Below are positions 8,324 through 18,016 of a stretch of DNA of 27,354 nucleotides, one piece after another. The stretch is from Verrucomicrobiota bacterium (GTDB lineage Bacteria; Verrucomicrobiota; Verrucomicrobiia; Verrucomicrobiales; DEV007): positions 1 through 27,354 of the forward strand of contig JASFYY010000125.1 of the NCBI GenBank assembly GCA_045046875.1. The letters run 5' to 3'. The stretch's first letter is position 1; every line of letters starts with the position of its first letter. The notes under the pieces were generated by a model that was given only the letters and a program-made list of their open reading frames with translations, was not told where the DNA came from and did no database searches. The position numbers and the translations under genes were made by a program.

Positions 8324-9949
8324 TCACTTCAAGTCACCCAGATTAGATTTCGCCCATGAGCGAAACAAAGTTTCAAGTTCAACTACCAAGTCCGGCATTG
8401 AAGCTGAGAGGTCATTCAATTCAGTTCCATCTTTTTTGAGATTATAGAGTTCCCAGGCTTTGCCTTTGACTCGAACCAGTTTGTAATCACCGCGACGAAT
8501 AGCAGCTCCCTTGGCGTGTGACCAATAGAGAGCCTCACGCGATTTCATCTTATCATAGTGGTTATCTATTACAGGAAATACACTGCGCCCCTTCAAAACA
8601 AGGCTTTGATTATCTTGCCGCGTTTTTTCAGGCAGCTCAGCCCCAGCGGCATCTGCAAGGGTCGGCAGAATATCAATGGCATGACAAAGGGCATCAGTGA
8701 TCGATCCCGCTTTCAGACCACTACGGGAAAACTGTTGCGGCCATGAAACAATCAGCGGCGAACGGGTGCCCCCTTCGTGATCGTGTTGTTTGAACAGGCG
8801 AAAAGGCGTATTGGAGGCATTGGCCCAACCATAACCATAACTTTGATACGTATCTTCGGGGCCAGGCATCAGACCGGGGATATTGCCAGGACGCATGAGC
8901 CGTCCGTCCCGGGTTTTGAGCGGCAAATAAGCGCCTTTTCTATTAACCCCATATTCCACATGGCAGGCTCCGTTGTCCTGCATATATACAATGAGGGTGT
9001 TTTCAAATTGTCCGCTTTTTTTGAGCTGATCCAGCACCCGGCCAATGTTACGGTCCATGCTGGTGATCTGGGCGGCATACACTTCCATTCGCCGTTGTTG
9101 CCAATCCTTGTGCTGCGCGTCCTCCCACGCGGGCACATCCGGATGACGTGGCGAGAGCTTCCACGCAGGGTCAACCAGCCCCATTTTTTTCATTCGCGCG
9201 TGACGTTGCTCGCGCAATTTATCCCAGCCCCTGGCAAAGCGCCCTTTATAATGTGCAATATCAGCAGGGCGGGCATGCAAAGGCCAGTGAGCAGCGGTGT
9301 AAGAAAGATATAAAAAAAATGGTTTGCCCTGCGCGACTGGTTTGGAGTTTGATCCAGCGGAATTTTGTTGGATAAAATCCAGCGCATGATCCGTAAGCGC
9401 ATCGGTGTAATAATAATCCGGATCACTGAGAAACTCTTCGGAAGCGTCTTTGCCATCCAAACTAAGCGAAATCGGAGCGTAAAATGAGCCCGCCCCGTGA
9501 ATGGTGCCGTAAAAGCGATCAAAACCTTTGTGCTGAGGCGCATTGGAACCATCAAGCTCATTCGGATCTGAAAGGTGCCATTTGCCGGACATGTAGGTGT
9601 TGTAACCTGCCGATTTGAGCGTCTGCGGCAGGGTCATCGCGCGAGGGTGAAGCCCTCCATCGGCCGAACCCTTTACAGGTAAAGCCACTCCGGGATACAG
9701 TGAGGTCATCAGAGATGCCCGAGTGGGCCAACACATATTGTTAACGTAAAAGTTGGTGAACCGCAGCCCTCCCGCTGCCAGTGAATCCAGATAAGGCGTT
9801 TCGATTTCCCCACCATAACAAGAAAGATCCGAATAACCCATATCATCAGCTATGATCAGCAGGATGTTGGGTGGCGCTTCACCTTTCCCCTCTGCCGCAT
9901 CGCAGAAGGTGCCAAGCATACAGCAAAGAACTATGATGAATAATCTCAT
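8324..9949 (-). CDS. Arylsulfatase (formylglycine-dependent, family S1)
   Basis: PNILLIIADDMGYSD, CWPTRASLMT (CxPxR), GKWHL, DNG, WELYNLKKDGTELNDL; signal peptide from ATG 9949. Confidence 0.93.
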   Translation of the reverse strand: MRLFIIVLCCMLGTFCDAAEGKGEAPPNILLIIADDMGYSDLSCYGGEIETPYLDSLAAGGLRFTNFYVNNMCWPTRASLMTSLYPGVALPVKGSADGGLHPRAMTLPQTLKSAGYNTYMSGKWHLSDPNELDGSNAPQHKGFDRFYGTIHGAGSFYAPISLSLDGKDASEEFLSDPDYYYTDALTDHALDFIQQNSAGSNSKPVAQGKPFFLYLSYTAAHWPLHARPADIAHYKGRFARGWDKLREQRHARMKKMGLVDPAWKLSPRHPDVPAWEDAQHKDWQQRRMEVYAAQITSMDRNIGRVLDQLKKSGQFENTLIVYMQDNGACHVEYGVNRKGAYLPLKTRDGRLMRPGNIPGLMPGPEDTYQSYGYGWANASNTPFRLFKQHDHEGGTRSPLIVSWPQQFSRSGLKAGSITDALCHAIDILPTLADAAGAELPEKTRQDNQSLVLKGRSVFPVIDNHYDKMKSREALYWSHAKGAAIRRGDYKLVRVKGKAWELYNLKKDGTELNDLSASMPDLVVELETLFRSWAKSNLGDLK

Positions 9950-10044
9950 AAACAAAATCACGCATGGCGTTAAATCATTGTCAAAGCCGTGATCGCGTCT
10001 CAAAGGGCTCAAGGCTAGGATTATTACACCACCAATATCGCTGA

Positions 10045-10073
10045 TTGAAGCCCTGCCATCCCAAGCCTACAAT
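10045..10073 (+). promoter_or_regulatory. Putative sigma70 promoter
   Basis: TTGAAG-17 nt-TACAAT, 13 nt upstream of ATG 10087. Confidence 0.5.
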
Positions 10074-10086
10074 GGACGCAGACTAA

Positions 10087-11199
10087 ATGACGGCTGCGGC
10101 ACAACAATTTTCACTACTCATGCTTTCGATCCAATCGCAGGGCATGGCCTTGTCCCAATGGGTCGACGCCCAGTCTGAACCGTGGGCAACGATATTGCGT
10201 GGACTGCCCATCAGCGTGGCTTTTTTATTGGGTTTGTTGCTGGTGCTATTGTGGAAAAAAAACAAAACCACCCAGCCGGTCGTGAATTCCAAAACAAGCA
10301 ACTTGGCACAGGCCGCGCCAGCTCCATCTGAAGCTGAAGAAAAACTGCCTTTAGTGCAAAGCGAACTGAAAGCGACTTTGCAGAAAAACCAGCGGCAAAA
10401 AGAACACATTGAGTCTGCCAAACGAGCACTGGAAGTGAAAGACCAACAATTAGGCGAGCTGAAAAAACAATTGAGCGCGGCAGAGACCCACGCAGCTAAA
10501 GCAGTGGATGAAAAAACACCCGTCCTTCACAATGAAGAAATCAGCCAGGGCGCGGCTGATCTTGAGCCACCACCGTCGCCCTTGGCTCAAGCTGAAGCGG
10601 ATTTTCGCCACAGCAGCCAGAATGATGCCACTGAGAGCTCTAGCCCTCAAGACCAGGATCAGGAGAAAATGATGACCGTGATCCCACAGGGAGTCGATAC
10701 CCGACTGCCACTGATCTGGGACGAAGTGCTCGTTTTCCGTTCCCATGACCCTTCCATCTGGGATCAGTCAGTGAATGAATCTGAAAATCACCGCGCGGTC
10801 TTGCTCAAGGAACTGCCGCGTGATGTTGCTTTTTTACGTTTGCGCCGACTCGACAGCGGTGAAGGCATCGTCATCCCCATCCAATTTAATGAACTGAGCG
10901 GAGATGGAGACGAACGTGCGGTGGGATTTAATGGCAGCAACGAGGAATTCTACGGAGCGCGGCATTTGGGCATCTACAGCGAATCCCTGCCGCAGGAAGT
11001 TGAAGTGCGTTTTGCTTTTGGTGGCTGGGGCTTTGGTCACTGCACCCGGATTGAAGAAAAACCGGACTCCGATCCCCTAAACAACCAAACGACCCAAGCT
11101 TGCGCTTGGGCCGGTAAGAAAATTGCTGGTGATACCGTAATGGAAATCACCGTTTTTCCTCGTTTGCCAGATTTGGCGGACAGCGACCAATTGATTTAA
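10087..11199 (+). CDS. Hypothetical membrane-anchored protein (TM, coiled coil, unknown C-terminal domain)
   Basis: 370-aa ORF filling the gap; hydrophobic ISVAFLLGLLLVLLW followed by KKNK, a Q/K/E-rich helical stretch, an acidic linker and a Trp/Gly-rich globular domain. Confidence 0.75.
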   Translation: MTAAAQQFSLLMLSIQSQGMALSQWVDAQSEPWATILRGLPISVAFLLGLLLVLLWKKNKTTQPVVNSKTSNLAQAAPAPSEAEEKLPLVQSELKATLQKNQRQKEHIESAKRALEVKDQQLGELKKQLSAAETHAAKAVDEKTPVLHNEEISQGAADLEPPPSPLAQAEADFRHSSQNDATESSSPQDQDQEKMMTVIPQGVDTRLPLIWDEVLVFRSHDPSIWDQSVNESENHRAVLLKELPRDVAFLRLRRLDSGEGIVIPIQFNELSGDGDERAVGFNGSNEEFYGARHLGIYSESLPQEVEVRFAFGGWGFGHCTRIEEKPDSDPLNNQTTQACAWAGKKIAGDTVMEITVFPRLPDLADSDQLI

Positions 11200-11269
11200 A
11201 AAGGTCGCTGCAAAGCCCGTTTTATCCGCCAAACGCAGTTTGAACCCCTTAGGGTTACGGTTGCGGCAT

Positions 11270-11647
<378 letters not shown>

Positions 11648-11692
11648 TTATCCGTGTGAGATGGTTGTTTTGCAACAGTCTATTACTACAGT

Positions 11693-11709
11693 AGCTAACA
11701 GTGTGCCAA
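11693..11709 (-). promoter_or_regulatory. Sigma54 -24/-12 promoter of glnB
   Basis: Minus strand TTGGCACACTGTTAGCT (GG-N10-GC), 70 nt upstream of the glnB ATG. Confidence 0.7.
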
Positions 11710-11792
11710 GATTATTATTATTTGTCACTGGTAAAATCCGCCTCTTTCTTGCCATGGCTTATTGAAAGCTACCTTATCACACATCAACATTA

Positions 11793-11977
11793 TTTCGCCC
11801 TTTTAGGGCTGGCAATAAAAACGATTTAACCCCAGCGCTTCGCACTCGGCTATCACATTTTGTCCTTTCAGGACAGTTTGTTTTCATCTCTTTTTGGCAC
11901 CAACGGTGCTCAATGATACAGCCCAGTGCGTAGCGCTGGGTTAAAAATCGAATTCTCCCAGCCCTGCAAGGGCGAAA
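11793..11977. repeat. Composite REP/REPIN-like element: two inverted ~80-bp arms, each with three hairpins
   Basis: Left arm TTTCGCCCTTTTAGGGCTGG..CGATTTAACCCCAGCGCTTCGCACTCGGCT matches the reverse complement of the right arm TTTCGCCCTTGCAGGGCTGG..CGATTTTTAACCCAGCGCTACGCACTGGGCT. Confidence 0.8.
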
Positions 11978-12009
11978 CGCATGACGGCCAGCAGCTTAAC
12001 TATTTTGTC

Positions 12010-13014
12010 CTACACTTTTTTGCCGTCTTCGCTCTGGTTTTTGCCTTGCTGCGCCAGATCTTTCTGCAAACGACTGAATTTTGAGGATGGCTGGGCGTAA
12101 GGCGGATACTTTTCTCCTCCCTCCTCCGGCCGGTAGCGCCAGTGTTTATACATCCACAACCACGGCGCCGGATTTTCCCTGATGTCCTGTTCAAAGACAT
12201 TCCAGCAAGCTTGCACGATTTCCTGATCGCTCGCCTCGCTATCCAAATCCAAGGGCGCTAGCATATTGAGCCGGTATTTGCCGTCGGGCAAGGGGGTGGT
12301 GTAGCCGGGAATGATGGGTAGCTTTATTTTTCGGTGAAGCCCGGCATGCAGCGAAGTGACGCAGGTTTTCAGTCCAAAACAATCAATGATGGTCGCAGTG
12401 CGGCTGGGCTTGACGGTCAAATCGGTGAGAAATGCCGCATGCCCCCCGTTTTTCAAAGTTTTGAACAAACGCAACATCGCGCCCTGTTGTGGAATAACCT
12501 GATGGCCACTGACTTCACGGTTGGTTCTGAATAGATCGGTGAGCAGCGGGTTTTTGAAATCCTGCGCCACCACGGTAAAAGGGAAACCACGAAACCCCAT
12601 CAACAAACTGGTCCACTCGAAATTGCCGTAATGGGGGGTCACCCAGATCGCCCCGGTTTCCTGCGCCCGACGGATGGCTTCAGCATCCTCGACATGAACC
12701 TCAACGTAGTCCTGATAATTTTCAGCCGTCAGGCGAGAGCTCCAGAATTGATCCAGCATGGTGCGGGCGAAATCCCGGTAAGCTTGTTTAGCGATGGCTC
12801 GCCGTTGTTTTTCATCGTGGGATTCTCCCAATACCGCCTCGAGATTGACCAGCGCCGTGTGGCGTCCCTTGGCATCCGCCCGATAAGCCAGGCTGCCCAG
12901 GACATTCGCCAGGTGGAGAATACCTTTGCGCGGCAACAAGGGCACGATCACCGTCAATGACTTGATGGCCAGCCACTCGATGCGGTAGCGAATCTGTTTT
13001 AATCGGGCTGCCAT
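12010..13014 (-). CDS. Lipid A biosynthesis acyltransferase, LpxL/HtrB family
   Basis: N-terminal membrane segment, TPHYGNFE (HxxxxE), E..IRENPAPWLWMYKHWR C-terminal motif. Confidence 0.88.
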   Translation of the reverse strand: MAARLKQIRYRIEWLAIKSLTVIVPLLPRKGILHLANVLGSLAYRADAKGRHTALVNLEAVLGESHDEKQRRAIAKQAYRDFARTMLDQFWSSRLTAENYQDYVEVHVEDAEAIRRAQETGAIWVTPHYGNFEWTSLLMGFRGFPFTVVAQDFKNPLLTDLFRTNREVSGHQVIPQQGAMLRLFKTLKNGGHAAFLTDLTVKPSRTATIIDCFGLKTCVTSLHAGLHRKIKLPIIPGYTTPLPDGKYRLNMLAPLDLDSEASDQEIVQACWNVFEQDIRENPAPWLWMYKHWRYRPEEGGEKYPPYAQPSSKFSRLQKDLAQQGKNQSEDGKKV

Positions 13015-13099
13015 GTTAAAATGAAGTAATCCTATACACCGCTTTGCGGACGGACTCTCTTAGATTAGGGTCTAAACTCTATAATCAATCAGTTCAAAC

Positions 13100-14122
13100 A
13101 TGCACCACGGCAAGCTGCTTTCTATTCTTCGCTCTGTTTTCAACTGCCCAACGGCTCCTTTTCACGAATATCACGTGCGGAGACACTTGTTGCAACGCTT
13201 GAACGAGTTTCCCCACGTCTCGATTGAAGAAGACGATTTTGGCAATCTGATCGCTCGTTATCAACGCGGCAAAAACAAGCCGCACTGGGCTTTTGGCGCG
13301 CACATGGATCATCCGGGCTGGGTCAAGGATCCTACAACCCGAGGGAAGTTACCCGCTGGAGGCATGGATGCTCGTTTTCCCGACATGCGTTTTTTGGGAG
13401 GGGTGCCCAAGTCCTACTTGCCTACCGGTGATGTGAAACATTTTGGTGATTTTGCCATGTGGGATCTGCCGGCTTTTTCTTACGATTCCAAAACCGATCA
13501 ACTCGCTGGCCGGGTTTGTGATGATCTGGTCGGGTGCGCGGCCATCATCGCTTTGTTTTCCGAATTAGAACGGCTCAATGTTGAAACCTCCTGTTACGGG
13601 ATTTTTACCCGTGCGGAAGAGGTCGGTTTTGTTGGCGCGGTGCATCTGGCCAAAAGCGGCCTATTGCCACAAGGCATTTGTTTTGTTTCGCTGGAAACCA
13701 GTTCACCTCGTGGTGGTACGGAAATGGGCAAAGGCCCCGTGGTGCGCGTCGGGGATCGCCTATCTGTATTCGATGACGAAGGCACGGCGCAACTACTGGC
13801 GGCAGCCGAAGCGGGCGGGGTTCAAGTTCAGCGAGCCTTGCTGGATGGCGGCGCCTGCGAAGCCACCGCGATGAACTTGTACGGGATCCGCGCCACTGGG
13901 ATTTCCGTATTGCTCGGCAACTACCACAACTGTTCTCCCACGGGAAAGATCGACAGCGAATACGTGTGTTTATACGACGTCAAAGCGATGATTTCCCTGC
14001 TGATCTCCCTACTGCAAAGCACCAAAAAAAACGCGGGGAAAAGCCGCCAATCAACCCGCTCAAGCCTTGAAAAACGACTAAAGGATTACGCCCCCTATTC
14101 CGGCAAAAATTCTCGAGTCTAA
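13100..14122 (+). CDS. Dinuclear zinc metallohydrolase, M42/M20/M28 clan
   Basis: DDFGNLIA, AHMDH, RVCDDLVG, TRAEEVGFVGA, GKGPVVRVGD, GGACEA, NYH. Its stop overlaps the convergent gene's stop. Confidence 0.85.
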   Translation: MHHGKLLSILRSVFNCPTAPFHEYHVRRHLLQRLNEFPHVSIEEDDFGNLIARYQRGKNKPHWAFGAHMDHPGWVKDPTTRGKLPAGGMDARFPDMRFLGGVPKSYLPTGDVKHFGDFAMWDLPAFSYDSKTDQLAGRVCDDLVGCAAIIALFSELERLNVETSCYGIFTRAEEVGFVGAVHLAKSGLLPQGICFVSLETSSPRGGTEMGKGPVVRVGDRLSVFDDEGTAQLLAAAEAGGVQVQRALLDGGACEATAMNLYGIRATGISVLLGNYHNCSPTGKIDSEYVCLYDVKAMISLLISLLQSTKKNAGKSRQSTRSSLEKRLKDYAPYSGKNSRV

Positions 14123-17100
14123 ATTTTCACCAGCGAAACATCCACCCCCAGGGTTCCCTGCAAGCTGTCGAGGTATTCTTGTGGGTCTTTCTCTATGATC
14201 TCTAGGTATTCGCTGATTTGCTCCAGATTCTCGCGGATGCGCAGACGCTTCGCTTCACTCGCGTAGTAGGTTTTATCCAAAAATTTCTCCAACGATATAA
14301 TCTGGAATTTCAGGCTTTGTTTGCGCAGTTCCACCTTGGCATTAAGCCGCGCCTGATACCAGTCACTGGACAGAACAGATTCCCGGTCAAAAAGCCCCCT
14401 GACTTTGTCATCACTTAATTCCATTCCCTCGAATTGGCCGTAAGCCATGATATTAAGCAAAGCTTTCAGCGGAGGAATCGCAAGGTCGATAGAGCCGTCC
14501 TCGAAATATTGCCGGGCGACCCGTTGTTGGGTTTCGCAAATATTACGAATACCGTCGATGTAGTCCTCGCGGCTTTGCAATTCAGGGCGCAGCATTTCAT
14601 CCGTAAAAACCGAAGTAGGGTTATTGAACATGCGGCCGAAAAAAGTCTGCACAAAACCCTGGGTGATCCGGTAACCCAGACGGTTGGCTGACACCACTTG
14701 CCCCTCATCGTCCGTGAAGTCCTCGATCTTCTCCAGATAACCTTTGCCAATCAGCCATTCAGGATCGCGTTCGTGTATAAACATCCGGCTCCAGATCTCC
14801 GGCACCGCCAGAGAGATATCGTGATCCACCCGGAATTCCGGCCCGACATAACCGGCCGCAGTGGTGAACCCATGAAAATCGCTAGCGATGTAGCTTAACA
14901 AAGCGGCATTCAAATCGATAACCGGCAACAATGCATTAAAAGGCCCTTTGGTAAGCGCCCCCTCTGAACCGGCACCCGTGGTGGATGGCGATTTTCCCGT
15001 CAGGCTGGAGATGAAATCCATGAACAATTCCGGCAGCTGCTGATAATGAACCGGCCCATAAACCGCCAGGGGACGGATGCCCGCCTTGCGGTTCGAAGGG
15101 TTGTTGCGACGCCCTGCCAAAATAGCGTGCACTGGATTCAACACCGGTTTGTCCAAAGGAATACGACGGAAAAAGCGCGATCCAACCTCTGCCATATATT
15201 CTGCCATAGGATTCTGCAGATCGGGACGATTCTGCAGGTAACGCGGGTTTTTGCTGGCCTTGCCATCTACCAGGCGCGGATGCGCAGAGGAGACGGTGTA
15301 TTGAGGCGAATAATCAAGTTCGGCTTCCGCGAAGTCTTTCAACGTGCGCTTGAGCGGATCGGAAAAATATCCGAACCGAATGGAATCGGCGACCAACTCG
15401 CGACTCTGTTCGCGGGTTTTAGGTTCGTAGTTAGAAAAGAAATTTCCGCCACTTGAAAAATCGAGCTCGGTTTGTTTGTCGTAACCACGATGAATCGCAT
15501 CATCCGGACGTTGAAAAAGCCTGAATTCACAATTCTCAATGAACTTATACGCCGGAAATTTCACATCCGGGTGCATGCAGCTGTGATCAACCTTACTGGC
15601 CGGAACCGTAACCGATGCGGTGATGTCATCTTCCCGTTGCAATTTCATTGCCGGAGAGAAATCCTTGCGCAAACCAAACATGCGCCAGGAACCATCCGCT
15701 TCGAAACCAATACGCAGGTAGCGGGTCTTCACCGTAGCGTGACGGTATTTCAACAGCGATCCTGGTTTACCATTGATAGAATCCACCTGGAAACGACGGC
15801 GCCAATTATCGCCCCAATCCGACTTCCAGTACCTCTTCAAAGTGAATAGAAAGTCGCGCACTGTTTGTGGCACGGTGGAAATAAAAGCATTGTATTCCTC
15901 GGTGAATTCTCTCGAAGGAGAGAACAGCCGGATCACTGAACCTAAAGAACGATCCGGGTCCAGAATAGCGCGACTTTGAGCTTCGCGTCGTTTGGGGTTT
16001 TTATAACGCTCGGCATAATCGCGGTGAAGCAGTTCATCCACCTGATCCATGTCCTCTTCGAAATTGGTCATGATCACCGGTCCCTCTTCCATCGCATCAC
16101 TCAAGGACTTGGAAATCTCAGACTTTCCACCACCTGAAACGGTACAGGGTTTATGACAAAAAGTGCCTTCCGCATTAGTGCCCACCAGACGCCAACGCTG
16201 ACCCTCCGAAGGTTTTTGCATCTGCACCTTGTAACCGGAAGGCATCACGTAGGTGCAGTCAGGCGATAAGCGGATGGAATGGTCGCCCCATTGGATCGAC
16301 TGGGCATGCAAATCGATGTAAACGTTTTCCGGCAAATAAATGATACTGGGGAATTTGATATCAATACCGTAACCCTCGGGCTGCAGATTCATGATTTCAC
16401 CATAGTGCTTCATCACAAAATCAAAGGTGTGATCCACCTCGCGCCGATACGTGCTGAGATTAAAATCTTCACCCAAGTCGAAACGAGGAAATACCAGCGC
16501 TCCGCCGGCGTGCTCCTCTTCAGCCAGGCCATACAAATTCGCCGAAAAACTGATCTGGGTTTTCACCTCTTTTTTGCAATAACCGAAATAATTATCAGCA
16601 ATCAGGGTGACGATCACTCCTTTGTGATCACGCGCGGTGATTTTGAAAGCGCCACCGTCGTTGTAAAGTTCGTCCTCGTTTTCCCAGCACATTTTCTGTG
16701 CCTTTTGCATATCAGTGGCCTCGCTGATGTGAGGCAATCCGACATCTTTCTTTTTCAGAGTGGTCAACTGCGGCGCGAGAATGACACAACCACTATGACC
16801 CGTCCAATGGCTCACTTCCAGGCGAGCATCATTTTCCGGCAAAAACGGATCCCCGGCGTTACCGAATATCGATTCCACAAAATCGAGATTAGCCATCAAA
16901 TTACCCGGCGCAAAAAAGCGCGTCTCGAGGGATTTTTTACGGGTGAAGCCCGGCACCTCCGGGCATACCACTGGTCGCAACAGAATCGAAGCAAAGGCAT
17001 GCACCGGCTCCTCCTCTTCAGAGGTGTAAGGCAAAACCATCAAATCTTTTGGCGGGTTCACCGCCGCTTTCAGCATGTGGGCGAAAGTGATGCGCGGCAC

Positions 17101-17610
17101 GGAAAGTTTGTCGCCGGCGATTGGCAGCCCCCCCTCGGCAATATGGAACACCCCTTTAGTGGTGCGTCGATCCTTGGCGGGATTGTGCAGAACCCCTTGC
17201 CAAGTGCGGTAGCTGCTGACAATATCCGATTCGAATTTATCCGAATTTGCCGGTAAGGAAAGCAGCCGAGAAAGGCCGTGCCTTTCCAAAATCAGAGCGT
17301 CGGGCAACATCGATTCATCTTTGCCAAATACCGCTTCAGCGTCTTCGCCGAGGTAGTTTTGCAGCCAGTCATGGATGTGCTGATCTGCCGGACAACGGTA
17401 ATCCTGTAGCAAACGCATTTTTTCCTGAAAATTCAGGATCATCGAACGCCCCATTTCAAGAAAAGGGTAATCCGCCTCTTCACCGACGATCGAGTATCCC
17501 CGGGACGCAAATTTCAGATTGATATAATCGCAAAGATTTTTCTCTACCGACTTGCCTGGTTTTCTTCCCGGTTTGAAACCAATGCTCTCCTCGCTTGTTT
17601 TATTTTTCAA
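14119..17610 (-). CDS. Probable PPi-dependent phosphoenolpyruvate carboxykinase
   Basis: 1163 aa; GVLHNP..DRRTTKGVFH, ADNYFGYCKKEVKTQIS, EEEHAGG, HKPCTVSGGGKSEISK, NCEFRLFQRPDDAI, GKSPSTTGAGSEGALTKGPFN, recognised from the Entamoeba/Propionibacterium PPi-PEPCK family. Confidence 0.88.
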   Translation of the reverse strand: MKNKTSEESIGFKPGRKPGKSVEKNLCDYINLKFASRGYSIVGEEADYPFLEMGRSMILNFQEKMRLLQDYRCPADQHIHDWLQNYLGEDAEAVFGKDESMLPDALILERHGLSRLLSLPANSDKFESDIVSSYRTWQGVLHNPAKDRRTTKGVFHIAEGGLPIAGDKLSVPRITFAHMLKAAVNPPKDLMVLPYTSEEEEPVHAFASILLRPVVCPEVPGFTRKKSLETRFFAPGNLMANLDFVESIFGNAGDPFLPENDARLEVSHWTGHSGCVILAPQLTTLKKKDVGLPHISEATDMQKAQKMCWENEDELYNDGGAFKITARDHKGVIVTLIADNYFGYCKKEVKTQISFSANLYGLAEEEHAGGALVFPRFDLGEDFNLSTYRREVDHTFDFVMKHYGEIMNLQPEGYGIDIKFPSIIYLPENVYIDLHAQSIQWGDHSIRLSPDCTYVMPSGYKVQMQKPSEGQRWRLVGTNAEGTFCHKPCTVSGGGKSEISKSLSDAMEEGPVIMTNFEEDMDQVDELLHRDYAERYKNPKRREAQSRAILDPDRSLGSVIRLFSPSREFTEEYNAFISTVPQTVRDFLFTLKRYWKSDWGDNWRRRFQVDSINGKPGSLLKYRHATVKTRYLRIGFEADGSWRMFGLRKDFSPAMKLQREDDITASVTVPASKVDHSCMHPDVKFPAYKFIENCEFRLFQRPDDAIHRGYDKQTELDFSSGGNFFSNYEPKTREQSRELVADSIRFGYFSDPLKRTLKDFAEAELDYSPQYTVSSAHPRLVDGKASKNPRYLQNRPDLQNPMAEYMAEVGSRFFRRIPLDKPVLNPVHAILAGRRNNPSNRKAGIRPLAVYGPVHYQQLPELFMDFISSLTGKSPSTTGAGSEGALTKGPFNALLPVIDLNAALLSYIASDFHGFTTAAGYVGPEFRVDHDISLAVPEIWSRMFIHERDPEWLIGKGYLEKIEDFTDDEGQVVSANRLGYRITQGFVQTFFGRMFNNPTSVFTDEMLRPELQSREDYIDGIRNICETQQRVARQYFEDGSIDLAIPPLKALLNIMAYGQFEGMELSDDKVRGLFDRESVLSSDWYQARLNAKVELRKQSLKFQIISLEKFLDKTYYASEAKRLRIRENLEQISEYLEIIEKDPQEYLDSLQGTLGVDVSLVKI

Positions 17611-17676
17611 AATTCTAAACGTTGTATGATGGTGCAGAAACTTAATCCCCCTCTGTATTTGCCTCGTGATTGATGA

Positions 17677-17693
17677 AGCAAGAGAAGTGCCAA
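17677..17693 (-). promoter_or_regulatory. Sigma54 -24/-12 promoter of the PPi-PEPCK gene
   Basis: Minus strand TTGGCACTTCTCTTGCT, matching TGGCAC-N5-TTGCW; about 67 nt upstream of the TTG start. Confidence 0.75.
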
Positions 17694-17817
17694 ATGGAAC
17701 ACTTCTATATAACTTAGCCTGCCTAGCTGATCAAGGGTGAAGCTCAAGCTTAACTTGCACAGTGCCAAACTCCATGTCAGGATAGAATTCACCAGAGCAC
17801 AGACCGCTCCGCTGCTT

Positions 17818-17846
17818 TTGCCAGCAGAGCCTATTTGTTTTATCCT
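17818..17846 (+). promoter_or_regulatory. Putative sigma70 promoter of tRNA-Leu
   Basis: TTGCCA-17 nt-TATCCT, 15 nt before the tRNA. Confidence 0.5.
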
Positions 17847-17861
17847 TATTCTTTATATAAG

Positions 17862-17944
17862 GCCAGGATGGCGGAACTGGTAGACGCGCTGGATTTAGGA
17901 TCCAGTGGGCTTAGCCCGTGCAGGTTCGATCCCTGTTCCTGGTA
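17862..17944 (+). tRNA. tRNA-Leu(TAG)
   Basis: Acceptor GCCAGGA/TCCTGGT with discriminator A; D-arm GCGGAACTGGTAGACGC; anticodon arm CTGGA-TTTAGGA-TCCAG; variable arm GGGC-TTA-GCCC; T-arm GCAGG-TTCGATC-CCTGT. CCA is not encoded. Confidence 0.97.
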
Positions 17945-18016
17945 CTTCCTCTCCAAAAGGGGGGCAGGCAACAATAATCAAAAACCGCCTGCTGCGACGA
18001 TTTTTCGCGCTAAAGT

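Noticed and set aside
11897..11909. GCACCAACGGTGC as an NtrC site for glnB
   Set aside because: Spacer is 3 nt rather than 5, and it is better explained as one hairpin of the repeat element.
11793..11977. CRISPR array or attC cassette interpretation
   Set aside because: The arms are inverted rather than direct repeats with spacers; no cas genes or integrase are present.
16279..17256. 325-aa antisense ORF in the PEPCK gene
   Set aside because: Shadow ORF with no motifs.
17752..17770. Second sigma54 promoter (minus strand TTGGCACTGTGCAAGT)
   Set aside because: Has GT instead of the required GC at -12; retained only as a candidate palindrome.
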